The position numbers and the translations under genes were made by a program. A stretch of DNA of 64,000 bases from contig JAQBTQ010000012.1 in the NCBI GenBank assembly GCA_027624855.1, positions 1,724-65,723 on the forward strand, written 5' to 3'. Below the pieces are notes generated by a model. That model made no database searches. It saw only the letters and a program-made list of their open reading frames with translations, and was not told the DNA's origin. The stretch comes from Bacteroidota bacterium (lineage in GTDB: Bacteria; Bacteroidota; Bacteroidia; Flavobacteriales_D; Sanyastnellaceae). Positions 17,634 to 26,602 of the stretch are shown here, piece after piece (the first letter of the stretch is position 1; each line of letters starts with the position of its first letter).

Positions 17634-18332
17634 ATGAAAAAACAACAAAGCTTCCGACATTTTGAATTGGGCCTCATCGCGGCTTTGGCTTTTGCTTTGG
17701 CCGCGTTTGAATGGACGGGATATGAATTCAATGAGGACACTCATAGGGAATACCTTGGCTCCAATCTCATAGAGCCCGAAATCATTCCGCATCACATCCC
17801 TTCAAAGCCCCTGCCTCCAAAGCAGGTATTGGATGTCGCTCCAGAAATTGTACCCAAACCTGATCCGATTGATCCCATCCCTAAACCGGATGTGAAATCA
17901 CAGATAGACCCACTCGCTGGTAAATTGCAAGGATTTGATTTTACTGATTTTGGTGATTGGGAAGAGGAATGGGAGATTGAGACCGTTCTCATCGCAGAAC
18001 ATATGCCCCATTTTGAGGATTGCACCAATGTTTTGGATCGAAAGGAAGAGCGCCAATGCACCGAAGAAAAGATGATTCGAATCATTCAATCCTGTGCAAA
18101 ATTCCCTCCAATCTTGAGAGAAACAGGAATTGGTGGTGTTGTGTTTCTCCAATTCAATGTCAACGAATTTGGTGAAATCCAGGACCAGTCCGTTCTAAAG
18201 TCGGCTCATCCAAAATTGGATAAAGCAGCGCTGAATGCCTTGTCGTGTATCCCTAAAATGCTACCGGGAACGCAACAAGGAAAGCCCGTTCGCGTCACCT
18301 ACACCATCCCCGTGCGGTTCACCGTTCGCTAA
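17634..18332 (+). CDS. TonB-family energy transducer (C-terminal domain protein)
   Basis: One N-terminal transmembrane segment, a Pro-rich spacer (PKPDPIDPIPKPD), and a TonB C-terminal fold pattern (GIGGVVFLQFNVNEFGEI...GKPVRVTYTIPVRF). Confidence 0.82.
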   Translation: MKKQQSFRHFELGLIAALAFALAAFEWTGYEFNEDTHREYLGSNLIEPEIIPHHIPSKPLPPKQVLDVAPEIVPKPDPIDPIPKPDVKSQIDPLAGKLQGFDFTDFGDWEEEWEIETVLIAEHMPHFEDCTNVLDRKEERQCTEEKMIRIIQSCAKFPPILRETGIGGVVFLQFNVNEFGEIQDQSVLKSAHPKLDKAALNALSCIPKMLPGTQQGKPVRVTYTIPVRFTVR

Positions 18333-18381
18333 TTTCAACTGAACAGCCGTGAATTCCGTTGGGAATAAGGGAATGAAACAC

Positions 18382-18389
18382 TACCTTTG
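18382..18389 (+). promoter_or_regulatory. -7 promoter box (TACCTTTG) for the prs-rplY(-pth) unit
   Basis: TACCTTTG lies 32 nt upstream of the ATG at 18422. Confidence 0.4.
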
Positions 18390-18421
18390 CACGCCCGTAA
18401 CACATTGCATTCGTGTCTCAT

Positions 18422-19354
18422 ATGCTCAAAATTCTCGCAGGTTCTGCATCTCAAAGCTTCGGCCAAAAAGTCGCTCAAACCTTTGGTGGTGAATTGGTCC
18501 CCGTGAAAACCACTCGGTTCAGTGACGGAGAGTTCACGGTAAGCATTGAAGAAACGATAAGAGGAAAGGAAGTAGCAATTGTTCAATCAACTTTTCCTCC
18601 GACGGACAACTTGATGGAATTGTTGCTTCTTATTGACGCTGCAAAACGGGCAAGTGCGAAACGCATTATCGCCGTAATTCCATATTTCGGATTTGCTCGC
18701 CAGGATCGAAAAGACAAACCTCGTGTGGCCATTGGAGCGAAACTGGTCGCTAACCTGCTCATTGCAGCTGGTATCGATCGCTTGATCACAATGGATCTGC
18801 ATGCCGACCAAATTCAAGGGTTTTTTGAAATTCCTGTTGACCACTTGTACGCAAGCACCGTGTTTGTTCCTTACCTCGAATCGTTGGACCGCAAGAACTT
18901 GTGCATCGCTACGCCAGATACCGGGGGAACCAAACGGGCAAACTCTTATGCGAAGCTTCTAGGAGTGGACATGGCCATTTGTTACAAGCAACGAAAAGTT
19001 GCCAACGAAATTGAAAGCATGACCGTCATCGGTGATGTGGACGGGAAGGATGTTGTTTTGGTTGATGACATGTGCGACACCGCCGGCACACTCACAAAAG
19101 CAGCTGCGCTCATGCTAGAGCATGGGGCAAGAACTGTTCGTGCCATTTGTACCCACCCCGTATTGAGCGGCCCTGCGTATGAGCGCATCGCCAATTCTGT
19201 GCTCACAGAGTTGGTCGTAACCGATAGCATTCCGTTGAAACAGGATCAAAACACTGGAAAAATCAAAGTGTTGCCTGTGCACGAATTATTTGCTGAAACT
19301 TTAACCTGTCTGGTGGAAAACCGTTCCATCAGCGATACCCTTTTAATTCATTAA
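18422..19354 (+). CDS. prs: Ribose-phosphate pyrophosphokinase
   Basis: The sequence has MLKILAGSAS..., DLHADQIQGFF, and the PRPP-binding loop VVLVDDMCDTAGT. I prefer the ATG at 18422 over the GTG at 18413 given in the track. Confidence 0.94.
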   Translation: MLKILAGSASQSFGQKVAQTFGGELVPVKTTRFSDGEFTVSIEETIRGKEVAIVQSTFPPTDNLMELLLLIDAAKRASAKRIIAVIPYFGFARQDRKDKPRVAIGAKLVANLLIAAGIDRLITMDLHADQIQGFFEIPVDHLYASTVFVPYLESLDRKNLCIATPDTGGTKRANSYAKLLGVDMAICYKQRKVANEIESMTVIGDVDGKDVVLVDDMCDTAGTLTKAAALMLEHGARTVRAICTHPVLSGPAYERIANSVLTELVVTDSIPLKQDQNTGKIKVLPVHELFAETLTCLVENRSISDTLLIH

Positions 19355-19356
19355 TC

Positions 19357-20007
19357 ATGAAAACTGCATCATTGAGCGGCTCTCTGCGTGAGGGCGTAGG
19401 AAAGAAAGATGCGAACCACCTCCGAAAAGAAAACCGGGTACCCGGAGTACTCTACGGCAGTGGTGAGCAAAAGCACTTTTCAATCAGCGAATTGGATATT
19501 TCCAAGCTCGTAATTAACCCGGACGTATTTCGAATCCAATTTGATTTGAATGGGCAGACCACCGACTGCATCATTCAAGATGTACAATTCCATCCTGTAA
19601 CGGACCGAATTGTTCATGTCGATTTACTTCAAATCATTCCTGGCAAATCGGTGCGCGTCGAATTGCCCCTCCGCACGAAAGGAACTGCGGTAGGTGTGAT
19701 CAGCGGTGGCCGACTCCAAATGCTTTTCCGAAGAGTCCCTGTTCGCGGTTTGGCTGATGACCTCCCCGAGGAAATCGTTATCGACGTAACCGCACTTGAA
19801 ATTGGCGACAATGTTCGTGTTCGAGACATTTCTGTTCCAAACTGCACCGTTCTTTTGAATGATTCAACCTTGCTCGCTGCTGTGAAGCGTACTCGTGCTG
19901 CTATGTCCGCTGCTAGTGAAGCTGATGAAGAAGACGGTGGTGGAGATGAAAGCCCAGCTGAAGGTGGAGATGCACCAGCTGACGGCGGAGATCAAGCAAG
20001 CGAATAA
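19357..20007 (+). CDS. rplY: 50S ribosomal protein L25 / general stress protein Ctc
   Basis: The sequence has RKENRVPGVLYG and HPVTDRIVHVDL, with an acidic Ala/Asp/Gly-rich C-terminal tail. It starts 3 nt after prs. Confidence 0.92.
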   Translation: MKTASLSGSLREGVGKKDANHLRKENRVPGVLYGSGEQKHFSISELDISKLVINPDVFRIQFDLNGQTTDCIIQDVQFHPVTDRIVHVDLLQIIPGKSVRVELPLRTKGTAVGVISGGRLQMLFRRVPVRGLADDLPEEIVIDVTALEIGDNVRVRDISVPNCTVLLNDSTLLAAVKRTRAAMSAASEADEEDGGGDESPAEGGDAPADGGDQASE

Positions 20008-20043
20008 CATTAAATTGTCTCTGCAAATCGCAAAGATGAATCA

Positions 20044-20607
20044 ATGAAATACCTCATCGTCGGGCTCGGAAATCCGGGATTAGATTATGAGGAAACCCGA
20101 CACAACATTGGGTTTAAGGTGGTGGACACCATCGCTCGAGAAGCTGAAGTTTCTTTTGAAACGGGCCGATTGGGGGAGGTGTCCACCGTCCGTTTTAAGG
20201 GCAGGACCCTCATCCTTTTGAAACCCTCGACCTTCATGAATCTTAGCGGTAAGTCATTTCGCTATTGGATGGAGGCCGAAAAAGTTCCCATTGAAAGGAC
20301 AATGGTGGTAACGGATGATCTAGCCTTGCCCTTTGGAACCATCCGTATCCGCACAAAAGGCAGTGGAGGTGGACACAACGGTTTGGGAAATATCGAACAG
20401 ACCATTGGCTCTTCAGTCTACCCGCGACTTCGGTTTGGTATTGGGGACGCTTTTCAAAAAGGACACCAAATAAATTACGTCCTTGGTAAGTGGAGTTCCG
20501 AGGAAGAATCCGCACTTGGTGAACGACTTGAGCGATGCCGCAAGGCGATTGAATCCTTTGCGACAATTGGGCTCGAGCGCACCATGAATCACTTTAACAA
20601 TACCTGA
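20044..20607 (+). CDS. pth: Peptidyl-tRNA hydrolase
   Basis: The sequence has YLIVGLGNPG..Y..TRHNIGF, FMNLSG and GGHNGL. Confidence 0.95.
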   Translation: MKYLIVGLGNPGLDYEETRHNIGFKVVDTIAREAEVSFETGRLGEVSTVRFKGRTLILLKPSTFMNLSGKSFRYWMEAEKVPIERTMVVTDDLALPFGTIRIRTKGSGGGHNGLGNIEQTIGSSVYPRLRFGIGDAFQKGHQINYVLGKWSSEEESALGERLERCRKAIESFATIGLERTMNHFNNT

Positions 20608-20609
20608 CC

Positions 20610-21230
20610 TCACTCATACAGGTGATTGTTGCTGATGTAATTCAATACTTTGTCGTGCAACAAGTAGCGAATGTCCTTTTGATTCATAATCGCATCACGC
20701 AGGTACGTGGAAGAGATGCTAATCATGGGAGCATCGCACCACTCTACATTTGGATGGCTGCGTGAGACTTTCACTTCGGACGATTCACTCATATCGTCTG
20801 ACTGATTTGACGTGCGCCTGGGATAAACCAAAATCCTGTATTGGTCCACCAATTCCAAATGATCCTTCCATGTATGAAGCCGATCGAAGTTGTCTTCGCC
20901 TAGAATAATGCTGAATAACGTATCTGGGTACAACTCGCTCAAATGCCTCATTGTTGCGGCTGTATAATTTGGTTGAGGCAAATTAAACTCGACGTCAGAG
21001 CCCCGGAGTTTTTCATTTTCAGAAACAGCCAAATTTACCATCTGCATCCGATGGGCCTGACCAATCATTTCGTTGGGATTCTTCTGTGGATTCCTGGGAG
21101 TGACCACCAACCAAACCTCATCCAAATTGGTGTAATGCGCCATATGATTGGCAATGACCAAATGCCCCAAGTGAATCGGGTTGAATGAGCCGAAATACAG
21201 CCCGACATGACCAGGAATTGTTTGATTCAT
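20610..21230 (-). CDS. nadD: Nicotinate-nucleotide adenylyltransferase
   Basis: The sequence has GLYFGSFNPIHLGHL (an HxGH-type nucleotidyltransferase motif) and ISSTYLR. Its start overlaps the gmk stop by 4 nt. Confidence 0.9.
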   Translation of the reverse strand: MNQTIPGHVGLYFGSFNPIHLGHLVIANHMAHYTNLDEVWLVVTPRNPQKNPNEMIGQAHRMQMVNLAVSENEKLRGSDVEFNLPQPNYTAATMRHLSELYPDTLFSIILGEDNFDRLHTWKDHLELVDQYRILVYPRRTSNQSDDMSESSEVKVSRSHPNVEWCDAPMISISSTYLRDAIMNQKDIRYLLHDKVLNYISNNHLYE

Positions 21231-21820
21231 TTATCCCCTGAAGATTCAATGAAAGAATGGACCCATTGGCAGGCTGTATCGCAGGCTTTTTGAAGGTCAT
21301 CATTGATTAAAATTCGATCAAAACCATCGCTTTGTTTCATTTCCCAAGTTGCCTTTTTCATGCGTTCTGAAATTCGCTCTGCATCATCCGTGCCTCGCGA
21401 TTCAAGTCGCAATCTCAACTCTTCCAATGAAGGCGGTTGAATAAATACGGCCAACGCCGCCCCTCCCAATTTTTTCTTCAGTGTTGCGCCACCAACCACA
21501 TCTACGTCAAACAAAACCGTTTTTCCCTCCTTCCAAATGCGCTCAAGCTCCGCTTTCAATGTTCCATATTTCTTGCCAGGGTATACTTCTTCCCATTCTA
21601 CAAACTCATCAGCGGCAATTCTTCGATCGAATTCTTCGAGAGAAAGGAAGTGATAATCATGATGATCTACTTCATTCCCTCTCGGCTCACGCGTTGTCGC
21701 GCTAACTGAAAAAGCTAATTTCAATCCCTTTTGACTGAGCAAATTCCTCACAATGGTCGTTTTGCCTGCACCTGATGGAGCAGAAAAAATCACCGCCTTT
21801 CCAATTGAATCAAAGGGCAT
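21227..21820 (-). CDS. gmk: Guanylate kinase
   Basis: P-loop SAPSGAGKTT, TTREPRGNEVDHHDYHF and GKTVLFDVDVVG. Confidence 0.95.
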   Translation of the reverse strand: MPFDSIGKAVIFSAPSGAGKTTIVRNLLSQKGLKLAFSVSATTREPRGNEVDHHDYHFLSLEEFDRRIAADEFVEWEEVYPGKKYGTLKAELERIWKEGKTVLFDVDVVGGATLKKKLGGAALAVFIQPPSLEELRLRLESRGTDDAERISERMKKATWEMKQSDGFDRILINDDLQKACDTACQWVHSFIESSGDK

Positions 21821-22685
21821 TCAGAACCTGTTCTTTGATTTTCTCCAATTCGTCCTTCATCTGAACCACGACACGTTGCATCTCCGCGTCGTTGGCCTTA
21901 CTCCCCAGCGTATTAATTTCTCGACCCATCTCCTGCGCAATGAATCCCAACTTTTTGCCCTGTCCCTCCGGCTGAACCATCACTTCAAGAAAGTGATCAC
22001 AATGCGCTTTCAATCGCACAAGTTCTTCTGATACATCTAATTTCTCAATGTAGAAAAGCACTTCTTGCTCGAAGCGATTTTCATCCAATCGGCCACGATC
22101 TTGAATCTCTTCAAAATTGGATTGAATGCGCTCGCGAATCCTTTCGATTCGAGATTCAAGCAATGGTAAGATCGCTGACTCAAGCTTCCGGATGTTCGAT
22201 ACACGCAGTTCAAAGTCCTCGCCGAGGGCCTTCCCTTCATTTTTTCGGAAGTCCTGAAAATGATCTAGGGCCTCATGGGTTAAGCTCACAATGGATTCCC
22301 ATTCTGATTCATCCACTTCTTCACGAGGCTGTTGCACAACATCTGGCAATCGCAACGCCATGCCTAAAATCGATTCATCTTGGGCATGCATTCCATTGGC
22401 TTCGGCAATCCCCCCCAAGTCTTTTATGTAAGCCCCAATCAATGGAACATTCAACTCCCTTCTTTCAACTCCCTCAACGGCAAATTGAAGAGAAACATCG
22501 CATTTGCCACGTCCTACTGATTCACCAACAATTTTGCGCAGTTCCATTTCTTTGGCACGAAAGGCTGACGGAATCCGCACACTTAGATCCAGTTGTTTTC
22601 CATTCAACGAACGGACTTCGATGGTGTAGCGACGTGTTCCAATCAATCCCGTCGCTTTCCCATAACCGGTCATGGAGTATATCAT
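21810..22685 (-). CDS. yicC: YicC-family stress-induced protein
   Basis: The ATG at 22685 gives MIYSMTGYGKA, the canonical YicC N-terminus. The C-terminus has EMGREINTLGSKAND. The track start at 22715 lies upstream of the predicted -7 box. Confidence 0.9.
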   Translation of the reverse strand: MIYSMTGYGKATGLIGTRRYTIEVRSLNGKQLDLSVRIPSAFRAKEMELRKIVGESVGRGKCDVSLQFAVEGVERRELNVPLIGAYIKDLGGIAEANGMHAQDESILGMALRLPDVVQQPREEVDESEWESIVSLTHEALDHFQDFRKNEGKALGEDFELRVSNIRKLESAILPLLESRIERIRERIQSNFEEIQDRGRLDENRFEQEVLFYIEKLDVSEELVRLKAHCDHFLEVMVQPEGQGKKLGFIAQEMGREINTLGSKANDAEMQRVVVQMKDELEKIKEQVLNAL

Positions 22686-22700
22686 CAGAGGGATTTTAGG

Positions 22701-22708
22701 CAAAGATA
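22701..22708 (-). promoter_or_regulatory. -7 promoter box (TATCTTTG) for yicC-gmk-nadD
   Basis: TATCTTTG on the minus strand lies 15 nt upstream of the ATG at 22685. Confidence 0.45.
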
Positions 22709-22737
22709 GGTACATGCGACAAGCTGCAGAGCGACCT

Positions 22738-22745
22738 ACCTTTGC
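22738..22745 (+). promoter_or_regulatory. -7 promoter box (TACCTTTG) for the polyprenyl synthase gene
   Basis: TACCTTTG lies 3 nt upstream of the ATG at 22749 and 12 nt upstream of the ATG at 22758. This implies a leaderless or very short-leader mRNA. Confidence 0.45.
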
Positions 22746-22748
22746 ATC

Positions 22749-23735
22749 ATGTCAAGTATGACGAGGATTCAAGCGCCGGTATCAGAAGAATTGGAGCATT
22801 TCAAGGCCCATTTCAAAACTGCAATGAAGACAGATGTCGTGCTATTGGATCGAATCACGCGCTACATCATCAAGCGCAAAGGGAAACAGATGCGGCCATT
22901 GTTCGTGTTTCTCACTGCAAAAGCTTTATCCGGAGAAAACAACGCACTGGGTGAAAAAAGCCATGTCGCCGCTTCCTTGATAGAATTGCTTCATACAGCG
23001 ACTCTGGTGCATGATGATGTAGTCGATGAGAGCCCTTTGAGACGTGGTTTTTTCTCTATTCAGGCACTTTGGAAGAAAAAAATTGCGGTGCTTGTTGGAG
23101 ACTATTTGCTTTCGCGTGGATTATTAACTGCGGTAGATAATGAGGCTTATGACTTACTGAAAATAACATCTGAAGCAGTTCGACTCATGAGTGAAGGCGA
23201 ATTGTTGCAGATTGAGAAAGCCCGCAGACTCGACATTACAGAAGAGGTTTATTTTGAAATCATACGACGCAAAACGGCAAGCCTCATTGCATCCTGTTGC
23301 GCATGCGGTGCTGCTTCTGTCAATGCCGATGACGAGACGGTGGAGCGCATGCGAGAATTTGGAGAATTGGTCGGCCTGGCATTTCAAATTAAAGATGACC
23401 TCTTGGATCTAGGAGATGGGGATCGAATCGGAAAGCCAACGGGTGGTGATATAAGGGAACGCAAAATGACCCTCCCGCTCATTCACACCCTGCAAACCGC
23501 AGATCGGTCGAAACGAAAGCGATTGATTCGGTTGGTAAAGTATCGTCATCACGACAATGCAGCCGTTCAAGAAGTCATGAATGAAATTCTTCAAGGGCCC
23601 GGAATGGCCTACGCGCGGGAGCGGATGAATGAGCTGAAGGCAAAATCCTTAAAATTATTGGACCCTGTTCCAGATTCGCCGGCGAAAATGGCTCTTCAAG
23701 AATTGGTAGAATTCACCATCGAACGCAAGCGATGA
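22749..23735 (+). CDS. Polyprenyl diphosphate synthase (IspB-like, long chain)
   Basis: First and second Asp-rich motifs are present (LVHDDVVDES and FQIKDDLLD), along with GKQMRP. The start may instead be the ATG at 22758 (MTRIQAP...). Confidence 0.92.
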   Translation: MSSMTRIQAPVSEELEHFKAHFKTAMKTDVVLLDRITRYIIKRKGKQMRPLFVFLTAKALSGENNALGEKSHVAASLIELLHTATLVHDDVVDESPLRRGFFSIQALWKKKIAVLVGDYLLSRGLLTAVDNEAYDLLKITSEAVRLMSEGELLQIEKARRLDITEEVYFEIIRRKTASLIASCCACGAASVNADDETVERMREFGELVGLAFQIKDDLLDLGDGDRIGKPTGGDIRERKMTLPLIHTLQTADRSKRKRLIRLVKYRHHDNAAVQEVMNEILQGPGMAYARERMNELKAKSLKLLDPVPDSPAKMALQELVEFTIERKR

Positions 23736-24160
23736 GTCAGTTTACAAAACTGCTAAGCCTATTGTGCCTGCTGCTCAGCGCCTGCAATGATTCGGTGGTT
23801 ACGACGGAATATTGGCCTGACGGAACTTCAAAAAGGCAAGCGACAGTCCAATCTGGAGATACCGTAAGGATCGAAGTTTTTGATGAAAAAGGGCGCATTA
23901 CAAAAGTGTCCAATTGGAAACTCGGCATGCGCCATGGCACATGGGAAGCCTTCTATCCAGATGGAAAACAGTGGTCCATTCACCATTATGAAGAGGGCGT
24001 TCAAGTTGGGCAATACCAGACGTGGCATCCGAATGGTAAACCATTCATTTTGGGTCAATACGATTCACTCGGAGCACCAGCGGGCACCTGGCAATTTTTT
24101 GATGAAAAAGGACAGTTAATCGAAGAAAAAGCTGGGGTCTCCATTCACAATTCAAAGTGA
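23732..24160 (+). CDS. MORN-variant repeat lipoprotein (YwqK-like)
   Basis: The lipobox reads LLSAC. Repeated G-x-W-x-x-(F/Y)-x-x-(N/D)-G-K units are present (HGTWEAFYPDGKQ, GQYQTWHPNGKP, AGTWQFFDEKGQ). The start overlaps the upstream stop as ATGA. Confidence 0.72.
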   Translation: MSQFTKLLSLLCLLLSACNDSVVTTEYWPDGTSKRQATVQSGDTVRIEVFDEKGRITKVSNWKLGMRHGTWEAFYPDGKQWSIHHYEEGVQVGQYQTWHPNGKPFILGQYDSLGAPAGTWQFFDEKGQLIEEKAGVSIHNSK

Positions 24161-24224
24161 ACATTCCGATTGTTTCCCGTTAATATTCAAGCAATAAGAG
24201 GGTTAACATTGCCATTCATTCATT

Positions 24225-25322
24225 ATGAAGATGCGCATCCGACCCTTTTCCTTGTCTCAATCCTTTTCGCTCCTCATCTGTTGGATGTTGATTTGGATGT
24301 TCTTGGGCTGGACCTCTGTGATGGTCGCCCAGCCTCATTCTTTAACCCCACCCGAGCAATACATCTCAAAATGGAGTGATGAGGCGGTTTATCAAATGGC
24401 GGTGCACGGAATTCCAGCGAGCATCACATTGGCGCAGGGCATTCTAGAAAGCGGCAGCGGACGAAGTGAATTGGCTGCCCAGTCCAATAATCATTTCGGA
24501 ATTAAGTGCCATAGCAATTGGCCTGGAGAACGGGTGTATTTTGATGATGACGAAAAGGGTGAATGCTTTCGCTCGTACAACAGTGCTTCCGAGAGTTTCC
24601 AGGACCATAGTGATTTCTTGAAAAGAAAGCGATACGCTTCGTTGTTTGAATTGGATATTGAGGATTACAAAGGATGGGCCAAGGGGCTGAAACAATGCGG
24701 ATACGCCACCAATCCCAAATATGCTTACTTGCTAATTGATCTCATTGAAGAATACGATCTAACCCGTTATGATCAGGAGGGGCTGACTCTGAAGGCCGAA
24801 CGAGAAGCTTTCGCCCAACTCGAAGCCGATGCCGTTCCTGCAATTCCTCCTGTCGCATCTGTTGAAGTTCAAAACACCGTTCTCAATCCAGCAAAAACAG
24901 CGCTGCTCATCGGCAAACGATCCGTACAATTGAGTGAAAACTACATCCAATACACCCTGGCACAAGAAAAGGACACGTATGAAAGTTTGGCAAAGGAGTT
25001 GGATATGATGCTTTGGCAGCTCTATCGGTACAATGATGTTGAGCGTACCCAGCACGAATACACACCAATGCAAGGAGAGGTCATCTACCTTCAACCCAAG
25101 CGAAAAAAGGGAACGGACTTATGGCTTGAACTCAAGCCCGGAGAAAGCATTTGGGCAGCTTCTCAGCGATGCGGTGTTCAAATGAATTCCCTAATTTCCA
25201 AAAATCGATTGACCCAAGAAAATCCCTTGCCCCGCAATGGAAAGTTGTCTCTTCGCTGGAAAATAACCAAAGCGGGAAAGCTCCCTGATTGGGTGCGAAT
25301 GATTCATGGACCCAATGCTTAA
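24225..25322 (+). CDS. Glucosaminidase (GH73, FlgJ-like) with C-terminal LysM-like repeats
   Basis: The sequence has ITLAQGILESGSGRSELA..NNHFGIKC and GYATNPKYA, a GH73 signature with the catalytic Glu. Two LysM-like segments follow (YTLAQEKDTYESLAKEL... and LKPGESIWAASQRCGVQMNSL). Confidence 0.86.
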   Translation: MKMRIRPFSLSQSFSLLICWMLIWMFLGWTSVMVAQPHSLTPPEQYISKWSDEAVYQMAVHGIPASITLAQGILESGSGRSELAAQSNNHFGIKCHSNWPGERVYFDDDEKGECFRSYNSASESFQDHSDFLKRKRYASLFELDIEDYKGWAKGLKQCGYATNPKYAYLLIDLIEEYDLTRYDQEGLTLKAEREAFAQLEADAVPAIPPVASVEVQNTVLNPAKTALLIGKRSVQLSENYIQYTLAQEKDTYESLAKELDMMLWQLYRYNDVERTQHEYTPMQGEVIYLQPKRKKGTDLWLELKPGESIWAASQRCGVQMNSLISKNRLTQENPLPRNGKLSLRWKITKAGKLPDWVRMIHGPNA

Positions 25323-25402
25323 CGCAGGCTGGGAATTTTTGCGCACTGTCGTTTTCTAAGCCATCCTGATGGAACTAACTTAGCGGGTAAAGTTAAGACC
25401 GC

Positions 25403-26572
25403 ATGCCGTTCTATCACAAGCTCGGGACCATTCCCGCCAAGCGACACACGCAATTTCGAAAAGCGGACGGAAGTCTGCATCATGAGCAGCTTTTTGGAAC
25501 GATTGGATTCGTCGGAATGAGCTCATTGCTATACCATCTCCGCCGCCCAACCATGGTGAAACGGGTGGGGAAATCGACGGATGTCAGTCCCAAAGCAGCC
25601 ATTGAAAACAACTTGCTCAGTCGCAAACTGGAAGGGTTCAAAATCAAGCCTCAGCAAGACTATCTCCTTAGCCGAGTTCCGGTCTTGTTCAATTCAGACG
25701 TGACGATTCACTTGGCGGCTCCCTCAGCAAGCATGGGCAAAGAGGAATTTTTCAAAAATGCTGATTGCGATGAAGTGGTCTTTGTCCATGACGGGGCAGG
25801 AGTTCTGCATACGATGCTCGGCACCATCCCATTCAAAAGTGGCGATTATTTGGTCATTCCGCGTGGCATCATCCATCGATTCGAATTTGAAACCGCTCAA
25901 AATCGCCTGTTCATCACAGAATCGGCACACCCGGTGTATACCCCTAAGCGGTATCGAAATCACTTTGGCCAACTCCTCGAGCACAGTCCGTATTGCGAGC
26001 GGGATATGCGGCCTCCAAGCGAATTGATCACCATCGATCAAGTGGGTGAATTCACCATTCAAATCAAAAAGCAAGGATCGCTCCACGAGTACATTTATGC
26101 ATCACATCCGTTTGACATTGTAGGTTGGGATGGATACCATTTCCCTTATGCGATGTCCATTCACGATTTCGAACCCATCACCGGTCGAGTCCACCAACCC
26201 CCACCGGTTCATCAAACATTTGAAACGGACGCATTCGTCATTTGCAGCTTTGTGCCTCGATTGTACGATTACCATCCGCTCTCTATACCAGCACCTTACA
26301 ATCATTCGAACATCGATTCAGATGAAGTTTTGTACTACGCAGAAGGAGACTTCATGAGTCGCACGGGCATCGATCGGGGTTACATATCACTTCATCCTGC
26401 TGGAATTCCCCATGGACCACATCCAGGAACCTATGAGGGAAGTATTGGTAAAGAAAAAACCGAAGAGTTGGCCGTCATGGTCGATACCTTCCGACCGCTT
26501 CAAGTCACTTCAGCAGCGCTCGAAATCGAACACGATGATTACCATCAATCCTGGTTAGATCCCGAAAAATAA
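25403..26572 (+). CDS. hmgA: Homogentisate 1,2-dioxygenase
   Basis: 389-aa ORF with MPFYHKLG.IPAKRHTQF, the HPAGIPHGPHPG motif, and a length typical of Bacteroidota HmgA. It sits beside hppD. Confidence 0.93.
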   Translation: MPFYHKLGTIPAKRHTQFRKADGSLHHEQLFGTIGFVGMSSLLYHLRRPTMVKRVGKSTDVSPKAAIENNLLSRKLEGFKIKPQQDYLLSRVPVLFNSDVTIHLAAPSASMGKEEFFKNADCDEVVFVHDGAGVLHTMLGTIPFKSGDYLVIPRGIIHRFEFETAQNRLFITESAHPVYTPKRYRNHFGQLLEHSPYCERDMRPPSELITIDQVGEFTIQIKKQGSLHEYIYASHPFDIVGWDGYHFPYAMSIHDFEPITGRVHQPPPVHQTFETDAFVICSFVPRLYDYHPLSIPAPYNHSNIDSDEVLYYAEGDFMSRTGIDRGYISLHPAGIPHGPHPGTYEGSIGKEKTEELAVMVDTFRPLQVTSAALEIEHDDYHQSWLDPEK

Positions 26573-26602
26573 ACCGCAGGTCCCACTCTACGCACGAGAA
26601 CC

